Assembly (NCBI GenBank): GCA_035291345.1
Contig: DATDSF010000020.1
Span: 1 to 61,439 of the forward strand
Direction of reading: 5' to 3'
Origin: Candidatus Nanoarchaeia archaeon
GTDB lineage: Archaea; Nanobdellota; Nanobdellia; Pacearchaeales; GW2011-AR1
Length of the DNA: 61,439 nt
Part shown: piece by piece, positions 10,011-18,094 of the stretch
Position numbering within the stretch: position 1 is the first letter of the stretch
Layout of the letters: each line of letters starts with the position of its first letter
Notes under the pieces: generated by a model
The model's database searches: none
Told to the model about the DNA's origin: nothing
What the model saw: the letters and a program-made list of their open reading frames with translations, nothing else
Program-made: the position numbers and the translations under genes

Positions 10011-10206
10011 TTTTCTCTTTTTACCTTTTTCTCTTTTTATACAATTTGCAATGTTTGGTGTTTTATAAATATAATTACACAGAAGAAGATATTTAATCTC
10101 ATTAAAGTTAAGTAGTAAATTAACTTTCAGTAAATTACTAAAAATTATTTTACTATATCTTTTTGATAGCACATAATCTTTTAAATATTAATTCCTAAAA
10201 ACTAAT

Positions 10207-10530
10207 ATGAAAGTATTCAAACATAGTAATATGATAAGGGGGTGGTTTGTGGGAGAATTTACCCCTACAGCTTTTTCAACTAAAGATTGTGAAGTTATGC
10301 TTAGATCATACAAAGCTGGAGATAGTGAAGCAAAACACACACATAAAGTTGCAACTGAAATCACACTTATTTCTAAAGGAGAAGTTGAAATGAATGGAAT
10401 TAGGTATAAAGAAGGAGATATCATTGTAATGGAACCAGGAGAAGCGACAGATTTTAAGGCAATTACAGATGCAACAAATGTTGTAGTTAAAGTACCAAGT
10501 GTTAAAGGAGATAAATATTTAGTTGACTAA
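10207..10530 (+). CDS. Cupin-domain protein
   Basis: 107 aa with the cupin-like pattern HTHKVATEITLISKGEVEMNG ... GDIIVMEPGE. Confidence 0.55.
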   Translation: MKVFKHSNMIRGWFVGEFTPTAFSTKDCEVMLRSYKAGDSEAKHTHKVATEITLISKGEVEMNGIRYKEGDIIVMEPGEATDFKAITDATNVVVKVPSVKGDKYLVD

Positions 10531-11387
10531 TTATTTACTAATTCTAAGACTTCAAAAGGATAATCAGTGCAAATAGCATCAGGTTTTAAGGCAATAATTT
10601 CTTTTATTCTTTCAAATAATTTTTCTTTATTTCCTGCATCACTATGTGATTCTCCTCCTAAAAGTCCTGGAGAAGTCCCATGAAGTTCAGGAGTAACAAG
10701 AGCTATGTTATAACCTTCTTTTCTTAAAATATCAAAATTTTCTTTAGTGTAAAACTTTTTGTCACTTCCATCTTCTTTTAGAGTATCCCATTCATCAAGC
10801 CATACCCAATCATACAATTTTTTATACTCTTTAGATTGGTTAATAGATAAAAGAGTATTTCCAATTAAACTACCATATCTTTTAATATCATATTCATGTG
10901 CTACAGATGGAGCTAGTTTTATTTCAGGAATTTTACTTTTAATATACTCCGCTATTTCAGACTTTACATCAAAGATTAACAATTTATTAATAACGCTTGG
11001 AAATTCTAATATTTCTGTAATCAATCTATCAACTTTTTCCTTCGTCTGATTAATTCCCTTAAGATGAAGAGCATGTAACTCAACATTACTCTTTTCTATT
11101 AATTCTAAAACTTCAGAAAATTTAGGGATTCTGCCATCAATTTTATCTCCATACTTAAATTTTAAGATTTCTCCTGTATTTACTTCTGAAAATAATCTAA
11201 CATCTTTATTATCTGTTATTCTTTTAAGTGAGGCATCATGAAAAACAATAATTCCATCTTTTGTAAAGTTTGGATCAAATTCTAATCCAAAACCTCTTTC
11301 TATATGATTCTTAAAAGCTTCATAACTGCTTTCAGGAAAGAATTTTTCTCCATTTGGTTCTAAGCCCCTATGTGTAAGTATAATCAT
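10527..11387 (-). CDS. Glycerophosphodiester phosphodiesterase family protein
   Basis: 286 aa with GDPD motifs ILTHRG, PESSYEAF, GLEFD and IVFHDASL. Confidence 0.8.
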   Translation of the reverse strand: MIILTHRGLEPNGEKFFPESSYEAFKNHIERGFGLEFDPNFTKDGIIVFHDASLKRITDNKDVRLFSEVNTGEILKFKYGDKIDGRIPKFSEVLELIEKSNVELHALHLKGINQTKEKVDRLITEILEFPSVINKLLIFDVKSEIAEYIKSKIPEIKLAPSVAHEYDIKRYGSLIGNTLLSINQSKEYKKLYDWVWLDEWDTLKEDGSDKKFYTKENFDILRKEGYNIALVTPELHGTSPGLLGGESHSDAGNKEKLFERIKEIIALKPDAICTDYPFEVLELVNN

Positions 11388-11445
11388 TTTATCACATTAA
11401 ACTGTAAGTCTTATAATTTAAAAACATTATTTAACTGTTAAATTC

Positions 11446-12972
11446 ATGGAAAATAAGGAGAGTTTGGGTAAACAGGCTCTATTTGGGTCTTTTTGGAATT
11501 TTATTGTTGCAATAATTCAAAGGATTGGGGGATTAATTTTCACAGTAATTCTTGCTAGATTTTTATTACCAGAGGGTTTTGGGCTTTATAACTTAGTTTT
11601 GTCAGTAGCTATAATTTTTGCAATGTTTACTCAGGAAGGAATTCATAAATCTCTAATTCGGTATTTATCTGAAGCAATTAAATCTAAAAGTAAAGACAAG
11701 GAAAGAGATTACTTTAAGTTTATTTTAAAGCTTAAAATAATTATTTTATTATTTTTTTCTATAGCTATGGCTGTTTGTGCATATCCTTTAGCGTATTACA
11801 TTTACAATAAACCAATTTTATTTCCTCTTTTACTTATAGGATCTATATACATATTTGCAGCTTCTCTTGAGCAGTTCTTTTCATCATTCTTCTTTGCAGT
11901 AAAAAAAATAAAATATGTTGCATATAAAGAAATAATTTTTCAGGTAACAAGGTTATTACTTGTACTTATGTTATTTGTTTGGATTTTCAAAGACCCTTCT
12001 GTAGAAAATGCTTTATGGATATTAATTTTAGCCTCAATAGTAACGCTCATTTATACAATTTATAAATCATATAAAATTTTACCACACCTTTTTAAAGGTA
12101 GAAGCCAAGTAAACAAAAAAGATAAAAGAAGAATTACTAAATTTTCATTTTTCCTTTCAATATCAGCAATCTCTATTGTGTTTTTGGGAAACATAGACAC
12201 TTTAATGATTGGTCTTCTAATTGACGATGTTTCTTATGTCGGGTTCTATAAAGCAGCATTTATTCTAGCTGCAAGTGTTTCAGGATTGCTAGCATTTAGC
12301 CAGGTTTTATTACCTATTTTTGTTCAAATAAAGAAATATCGCCTTGAAGAAGTATTCAATAGATCATTTAGATACGCAATGCTAATCTCTGTTCCAGCTT
12401 CATTTGGTCTTGCAGTGCTAGGAAATTATTTTTTAGTTCTATTATATGGGCATGACTACTTAAATGCTACAACTTCTCTATATTTCCTTGCATTTTTAAT
12501 AGTGACTTCTATTCAAGTAGGATTTTTTACAGAACTTTTTTCAGCTAAAGAAAGACCAAAAGAACCGATAAATTTATTGGTTGGGATAATAGTGCTTAAC
12601 ATTATATTAAACTTTATTTTTATTAAGTGGTTTGCAATTTACTCTTTATCTTGGGCAATTACTGGAGCTTCTCTTGCTACTTTAATCAGTTGGTTAGTTT
12701 ATACTATAGGGCTTTTTTATCTAACAAAAAAGAAACTTAAAATAAAAACTTCAGTTTCCTCAATAATTAAACCAACAATAGCATCTATTATAATGTCTAT
12801 TTTATTAATATATTTAAGAAATTTATTTGGAAATATTAATATTGTAAATGGAGCTGTTTTAGTTATAACTGGAGTTTTAGTTTATACCTTACTTATTTTA
12901 TTAATGGGTGGAGTTAAGAAAGAAGACTATATCATAATAAAAGAATTAGTAAATAAAATAAAAGTATTTTAG
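11446..12972 (+). CDS. MOP-superfamily oligo/polysaccharide flippase (Wzx/AglR-like)
   Basis: 508 aa with about 12-14 TM segments. N-terminus (FWNFIVAIIQRIGGLIFTVILARFL) is typical of polysaccharide biosynthesis flippases. Confidence 0.8.
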   Translation: MENKESLGKQALFGSFWNFIVAIIQRIGGLIFTVILARFLLPEGFGLYNLVLSVAIIFAMFTQEGIHKSLIRYLSEAIKSKSKDKERDYFKFILKLKIIILLFFSIAMAVCAYPLAYYIYNKPILFPLLLIGSIYIFAASLEQFFSSFFFAVKKIKYVAYKEIIFQVTRLLLVLMLFVWIFKDPSVENALWILILASIVTLIYTIYKSYKILPHLFKGRSQVNKKDKRRITKFSFFLSISAISIVFLGNIDTLMIGLLIDDVSYVGFYKAAFILAASVSGLLAFSQVLLPIFVQIKKYRLEEVFNRSFRYAMLISVPASFGLAVLGNYFLVLLYGHDYLNATTSLYFLAFLIVTSIQVGFFTELFSAKERPKEPINLLVGIIVLNIILNFIFIKWFAIYSLSWAITGASLATLISWLVYTIGLFYLTKKKLKIKTSVSSIIKPTIASIIMSILLIYLRNLFGNINIVNGAVLVITGVLVYTLLILLMGGVKKEDYIIIKELVNKIKVF

Positions 12973-13895
12973 ATAATTTCCTTTATTCCATCAATTAAAC
13001 CCCTAATTCGATGGTAATCTTTTTTAATCAAAGCAATAAGAGAGTTTTTTATAATTAAACCTATAATTGACCACCAGAAAGCTATAATATATAATATGGT
13101 TTTCGGTAAATTCTTCTTGAAAAAATAATGATGATAAATAATAACTCTTTTTGTATGAGTATAACCATCAATTTTTTTATTTCTTCTAGGCATTGTATGA
13201 ATTACTTTTGCAAAAGGGGTGAAATAATTATTATATTCTTTTGAAACTCTGTAAGCAATATCATCATCATCATTCCAAGCATAACCTCCACATTTTTCAT
13301 CAAACCTGAATTTTAAAAAAACTTCTCTTCTGAAAGCCATACTAAAACCATATAGAAATTCACATTTTTTTATTTCTTTTACATCTTTACCAAAAGTTGT
13401 AGCCATACCAGAAATCTGAAATTTTCCATTTCCCTCTCTAGTTAAAAGAAAAATACTTGAAAAAACATTATTTAATAAAGCTGTTAATTTCTGCTTACTA
13501 TTTTTACGTTTAATAATAGGATTGCTTGTAACTCCTCCTATTTCTTCAAGCTTTTTTTCATTAAAAACTCTTTTTATTTCTTCAAGATAGTTTTTAGACC
13601 ATATAGTATCATCATCTGAAAATAGAATAATATCTCCTTTACTTTTTTCAGCTCCAAAATTTCTTTGATAAGGTCCACCAGCTGTTTTTATGTAAAAATA
13701 TTTTATTTTTAATAGTTTTACATTAAATTTTGATAACTCTTTTTTTACACTATCATTATCACTTGAATCAACAATTATTATTTCATCAGGTTTTAATGTC
13801 TGTAATTTTATAGACTCTAAACAATCAACTACTTCTTTAGCTCTATTTCTGGTAGGTATAATTACAGATATAGTTTGATTAGCTTGTTTTTTCAT
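12969..13895 (-). CDS. GT2 glycosyltransferase
   Basis: 308 aa with ISVIIPTRNR, IIIVDSSDND and FSDDD (DxD). C-terminal TM segment. Confidence 0.8.
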   Translation of the reverse strand: MKKQANQTISVIIPTRNRAKEVVDCLESIKLQTLKPDEIIIVDSSDNDSVKKELSKFNVKLLKIKYFYIKTAGGPYQRNFGAEKSKGDIILFSDDDTIWSKNYLEEIKRVFNEKKLEEIGGVTSNPIIKRKNSKQKLTALLNNVFSSIFLLTREGNGKFQISGMATTFGKDVKEIKKCEFLYGFSMAFRREVFLKFRFDEKCGGYAWNDDDDIAYRVSKEYNNYFTPFAKVIHTMPRRNKKIDGYTHTKRVIIYHHYFFKKNLPKTILYIIAFWWSIIGLIIKNSLIALIKKDYHRIRGLIDGIKEII

Positions 13896-13905
13896 TCTAA
13901 TAAAT

Positions 13906-14976
13906 CTAGCCCTTATTCTTATAGAATTCTTTTATCTTACTTACGATAAATTCCTGTTCTTCTTCACTAAGATCAGTAGACGATGGTAAATAAATACCCC
14001 TATGTCCAAGATCAGCAGCCTTTAACCCTTTCCATTTGTCATCATAATACATGGCCTGCTGACTCATAGGCTTAAAAAATTGTCTAGTTTCTATTCCATG
14101 ACTTTCTAAGAAACTTTGTAATTTATGTTTATCATTTTGATCGTCTAACAAGATGTCATACATCCATAAAACATTTCTTTTCGGAAGAACTTTAATTCCA
14201 GTTACATCTTTTAATTTTTCATCATATCTGGTTTCTATATCTTTCCTTTTATCAAGTATTTCATCTATTTTTTCAAGCTGGGCGAGAGCAACACCTGCCT
14301 GCATATTAGTCATTCTAAAATTATAAGCAACTTTTTTATGCACAAATGTATGGTCTGCTGTAAAAGCCATACCTCTCAAATGCACCATTTGTTTTGATAA
14401 ATGATCATCATTTGTAACGCAAATTCCACCCTCTCCAGATGAAATAATTTTATTTGCATATAAAGAAAAACAAGCTATGTCTCCTACAGGTTTTATACCA
14501 TGTGCTTCTGCAGAATCTTCCACAACTCTTAAGTTATAATTATGTGCAATATCCATAATTTTATCCATATTACATCTTCTTCCATAAATATGTACAGGCA
14601 TAATTGCTCTTGTTTTAGGTGTAATTTTTTCTTCGATTAAATCAGCATTGATATTAAGATCATCTCCACAATCCACAAAAACAGGAGTTGCTCCTGTGTA
14701 AGTTACAGCCCATGCACTTGCAACCATTGTAAATTCAGGTACAATTACTTCATCACCATCTCTTATTCCCAATGCTCTTAAAGCTAGAGTTAGAGCAGCT
14801 GTTCCAGATGAACATGCTATACCATGTTTATATTCATTAAATTCAGCAAACTTTTTCTCAAATTCTTTTACAAAATTACCCTGAGAAGAGATCCAACCAT
14901 CTTTGATTGCCTTTGTTACATATTCTAATTCATTTCCTTTTAAATATGGTCTTGAAACAGGGTATTTATATTCCAT
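13906..14976 (-). CDS. DegT/DnrJ/EryC1-family PLP-dependent sugar aminotransferase (GDP-perosamine synthase candidate)
   Basis: 356 aa with GNELEYV, SSGTAALTLAL and the PLP-lysine context SLYANKIISSGEGG. Lies directly downstream of gmd. Confidence 0.88.
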   Translation of the reverse strand: MEYKYPVSRPYLKGNELEYVTKAIKDGWISSQGNFVKEFEKKFAEFNEYKHGIACSSGTAALTLALRALGIRDGDEVIVPEFTMVASAWAVTYTGATPVFVDCGDDLNINADLIEEKITPKTRAIMPVHIYGRRCNMDKIMDIAHNYNLRVVEDSAEAHGIKPVGDIACFSLYANKIISSGEGGICVTNDDHLSKQMVHLRGMAFTADHTFVHKKVAYNFRMTNMQAGVALAQLEKIDEILDKRKDIETRYDEKLKDVTGIKVLPKRNVLWMYDILLDDQNDKHKLQSFLESHGIETRQFFKPMSQQAMYYDDKWKGLKAADLGHRGIYLPSSTDLSEEEQEFIVSKIKEFYKNKG

Positions 14977-14984
14977 TTTGTAAT

Positions 14985-16112
14985 TTACACAAATTTATTA
15001 TTTTGATCCTTTAATATTTTGATTATATCATCAACAACTACTGCTTTATGTTTAAGGTAATACTCTTTTTCAGCTAGTTTTAAATCATGTTCACACATTT
15101 TCTTTACAAGTTCTTTAAAGCTTATTTCAGGAACCCATCCTAATTTTTCTTTAGCCTTTGTAGGATCAGATAACAAAAGATCTACTTCTGTTGGCCTGAA
15201 ATATCTAGGATGGATTTTTACAATCACCTTGCCATTTTCATCTAAATATTCTTCATCAAATCCTGATTTGCCATTTGACTTTATGTTAAGTCCAAGCTCT
15301 TTAGCAGATTCTTCTAAGAAATGTCTTACACTATATTTTTCTCCAGTACCTATAATATAATCTTCTGCTTTATCTTGCTGTAGAATCATCCACATAGCTC
15401 TCACATAATCTTTAGCATGCCCCCAGTCTCTTTCAGAATCTAAATTACCTAAATAAATTTCTTTCTGTAAACCCATTTTTATTCTTGCTAATGATCTAGT
15501 TATTTTTCTAGTTACAAAACTTTCACCTCTTCTTTCTGATTCATGATTAAACAATATTCCATTACAGGCAAATATCCCATAAGCCTCTCTATAATTTATA
15601 GTTATATGATGGGCATAAACTTTAGCACAGGCATATGGGCTTCTTGGATAAAAAGGAGTAGTTTCTTTTTGAGGTGTTTCAACAACTTTCCCAAACATTT
15701 CAGATGAAGAAGCTTGGTAGAATCTGGAATTTGGACATATATTTTTTATAGATTCCAATAGTCTTAATGTTCCTAAAGAAACTGTATTTGTTGTATTCTC
15801 TGGTATATCAAAACTAATTCTAACATGGCTTTGAGCTCCAAGATTATAAACTTCATCAGGCATAACACTTCGAATTATTTTTTCAACAGAGCTCGAATCA
15901 GTTAAATCTCCATAATGTAATATCAAAGATCCTTTATCAACTCCTGTATATCCAGAAGATTTATCAATTTCAGTCAGATGATCAATTCTATCTCTATTTA
16001 CTCCACTAGACCTTCTAACAATTCCATGTACTTCATATCCCTTTTCAATAAGGAATTCAGCAAGATAACTTCCATCCTGTCCTGTAATTCCAGTTATTAG
16101 TGCTTTTTTCAT
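14985..16112 (-). CDS. gmd: GDP-mannose 4,6-dehydratase
   Basis: 375 aa with [42 protein letters not shown] (Ser/Glu catalytic pair), [10 protein letters not shown] (YxxxK) and FNHESERRG. Confidence 0.92.
   Translation of the reverse strand: MKKALITGITGQDGSYLAEFLIEKGYEVHGIVRRSSGVNRDRIDHLTEIDKSSGYTGVDKGSLILHYGDLTDSSSVEKIIRSVMPDEVYNLGAQSHVRISFDIPENTTNTVSLGTLRLLESIKNICPNSRFYQASSSEMFGKVVETPQKETTPFYPRSPYACAKVYAHHITINYREAYGIFACNGILFNHESERRGESFVTRKITRSLARIKMGLQKEIYLGNLDSERDWGHAKDYVRAMWMILQQDKAEDYIIGTGEKYSVRHFLEESAKELGLNIKSNGKSGFDEEYLDENGKVIVKIHPRYFRPTEVDLLLSDPTKAKEKLGWVPEISFKELVKKMCEHDLKLAEKEYYLKHKAVVVDDIIKILKDQNNKFV
16056..16091. repeat. 36-nt stretch identical to 19019-19054 (gmd versus Gmd-like domain of the fusion gene)
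   Basis: TTCAGCAAGATAACTTCCATCCTGTCCTGTAATTCC occurs in both genes. It encodes [12 protein letters not shown] on the minus strand. Confidence 0.85.
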
Positions 16113-16216
16113 AACTTCTTTTTTATGCCTCTTATAATAAAAATCCTAGGAAGAAGTGATTTTTAAGATTTGTTATCCTCTAGAAATAAACTATAATGAC
16201 TACTTTGACTTAATGA

Positions 16217-17101
16217 CTAGGTAGCCATTTCATCAGGTCTTATGCTTTGAAGTGCTCCTCTTGTAGAATACATTAAATCTACACGCTTACCTGTTCCAGG
16301 AAGCCTACTTGTATTTAAAAGAGTTTGAATATCTCCATATTGTGAAATTAAAACCAATTCTTTATGTTCTCTTTCTCTTTTAGATACTTTCTCCATCCAT
16401 GCTCCACCCTCAAAATATTTATTCGGTACATCTGTAAAAACTAAATGTGAGAAATCCATATCTCCTCTATTTGCGCTCATATATCCACCCACTAAAATTA
16501 TTCTTTTTACACTTGATTTATCAATTCCTAATTCCTCCCTAGATTCTTTTAAAACTTCAGCTTCAAGATTAACATCTATAGGGTTATCTTTGTAAGTTAA
16601 ATGTCCAGTAACTCCATTTAAAGCTCCAGGTAAATCAACATTTTCAGATCTTTCTCCCACTACTATAGATCCTTGAGTTGTAATAATTAACCCCATTACT
16701 CCTGGAGCTCTTGAAAAATAAGCCCACTGGTCATTAAAATCTTTAATACCTTTTTGTTTAAGATTTTCATTTCCTTCAGGACCTCTTTCAAAGTCTTCCC
16801 TAAATGCTAAATAATGTGAAGCTCCAAGACCTAATTTTAAAGTTCCATCAACAAGGCTAGTATAATCTAATCTAAATTTTCTATCATCAAAGTGAGAATT
16901 TGTACCATCAGAAATTTTTCCACTAGCAATTAAATTGTTATGTACATTTTTAACATACCATTCTCTGTTTCTTGGTTGATTAGGATTATTAATATCTGCC
17001 ACACATAATCCTTCTACCCCTCTTACATTTATTCCTTCAACATTTTTTCTTAAAAGAGGAATTCCTTCTCTTGTTTGTTCAACAGCATAATCATATGTCA
17101 T
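16217..17101 (-). CDS. Hypothetical protein with a degenerate Nudix-like box
   Basis: 294 aa. The segment LKESREELGI approximates the REUXEEXGU Nudix core, but the upstream Gly/Glu spacing is off. The N-terminal ~150 aa are unassigned. Confidence 0.35.
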   Translation of the reverse strand: MTYDYAVEQTREGIPLLRKNVEGINVRGVEGLCVADINNPNQPRNREWYVKNVHNNLIASGKISDGTNSHFDDRKFRLDYTSLVDGTLKLGLGASHYLAFREDFERGPEGNENLKQKGIKDFNDQWAYFSRAPGVMGLIITTQGSIVVGERSENVDLPGALNGVTGHLTYKDNPIDVNLEAEVLKESREELGIDKSSVKRIILVGGYMSANRGDMDFSHLVFTDVPNKYFEGGAWMEKVSKREREHKELVLISQYGDIQTLLNTSRLPGTGKRVDLMYSTRGALQSIRPDEMAT

Positions 17102-17142
17102 AAAACCTAAATAAAATTCTTCTTTTTAAAGATATATGCAGA

Positions 17143-17622
17143 TTATTGATTATTTTTAGAATTATTCTTTATCCAATTATCTAATAATACTGAACTTGAT
17201 CTTATTTTTCCTCCACCTACATTAAAAACTATTTTGCATCCTACTTTTTCACAAGCTTCCCTTTCTTCTTTTGGAATTGTTTCTAAGCTATTTTTATCCC
17301 CGCCATTGGCAAAAACATCCGGTTTAATATGAATTATTGCATCACTAATATCACCATCACCAATTACTACAACTTCATCAACACATCTTAGTTCTTTTAT
17401 TATTGCTACTCTATCTTCGACTGGCATAAATGGAGCACCCTTTTTTTTAACTAAAAATTCATCACCATCAATTACAACAATTAACTTATCTCCCAATGCT
17501 TTAGCAGCCTGAAATGATAACAAATGTCCTAGATGTAATGGGTCAAAACCTCCACTTACCATTACAACCCTTTTTTTAGTTTCAGTTTTTTCCTCACCAT
17601 TTGTTTTTAATTCTTCGTCCAT
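17143..17622 (-). CDS. Cytidylyltransferase-family nucleotidyltransferase (TagD / HldE domain II-like)
   Basis: 159 aa with VVMVSGGFDPLHLGH (HxGH motif) and the C-terminal IRSSSVLL motif. Confidence 0.75.
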   Translation of the reverse strand: MDEELKTNGEEKTETKKRVVMVSGGFDPLHLGHLLSFQAAKALGDKLIVVIDGDEFLVKKKGAPFMPVEDRVAIIKELRCVDEVVVIGDGDISDAIIHIKPDVFANGGDKNSLETIPKEEREACEKVGCKIVFNVGGGKIRSSSVLLDNWIKNNSKNNQ

Positions 17623-17630
17623 TTTAATTT

Positions 17631-18089
17631 TTAATTACTAAATACTCCAGAAGCAATTAAAGCTCTTTTAACATAAGGGTGATAGTTCTCATCAATTTTA
17701 TTAACCCACTTATATTCAGACTGAGTGTTATCTAATTTAACACTTCCACCAATATATTTAGCCAGATAAACTCTAGCTACATAATGAACACCTGTTTTAA
17801 CATTAGGAAAATCTGTTTCATCAAATATAATATCTTCCATCATAATAAGTTTTTCAACCTTTATTTCCAAACCAACTTCTTCTATAGCTTTTCTTAAAGC
17901 TGTTTTTTCAGGCATTTCTCTCTTAAACTGTCTCCCTCCAGGAATCCACCACTGGTCTTTACAAGGATCTTGAGTTCTCTTTGCCAAAAATACTTCTCCT
18001 TTATCATTATAAATAACAACATCAACAGCTAGAATTATAGAATGTTCGAGAATTCCCTCATATATTTCACTTGGTATTTTTGAAGCCAT
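17631..18089 (-). CDS. Nudix hydrolase (GDP-mannose mannosyl hydrolase-like)
   Basis: The ORF track starts at TTG 18098; ATG 18089 (MASKIP) is more likely. Nudix box GRQFKREMPEKTALRKAIEEVGL. Sits in a gmd neighbourhood. Confidence 0.65.
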   Translation of the reverse strand: MASKIPSEIYEGILEHSIILAVDVVIYNDKGEVFLAKRTQDPCKDQWWIPGGRQFKREMPEKTALRKAIEEVGLEIKVEKLIMMEDIIFDETDFPNVKTGVHYVARVYLAKYIGGSVKLDNTQSEYKWVNKIDENYHPYVKRALIASGVFSN

Positions 18090-18094
18090 AAATC

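Noticed and set aside
10011-10172. Long N-terminal extensions implied by the ORF track for several genes: 9237-10172, 32862-, 40575-, 43889-44365, 53531-53806, 56697-, 57721-, 3132-, 18098.
   Set aside because: The track opens ORFs at the first possible start, often TTG or GTG. In each case an ATG further downstream gives the canonical family N-terminus. It also removes the overlap with the neighbouring gene or promoter region.
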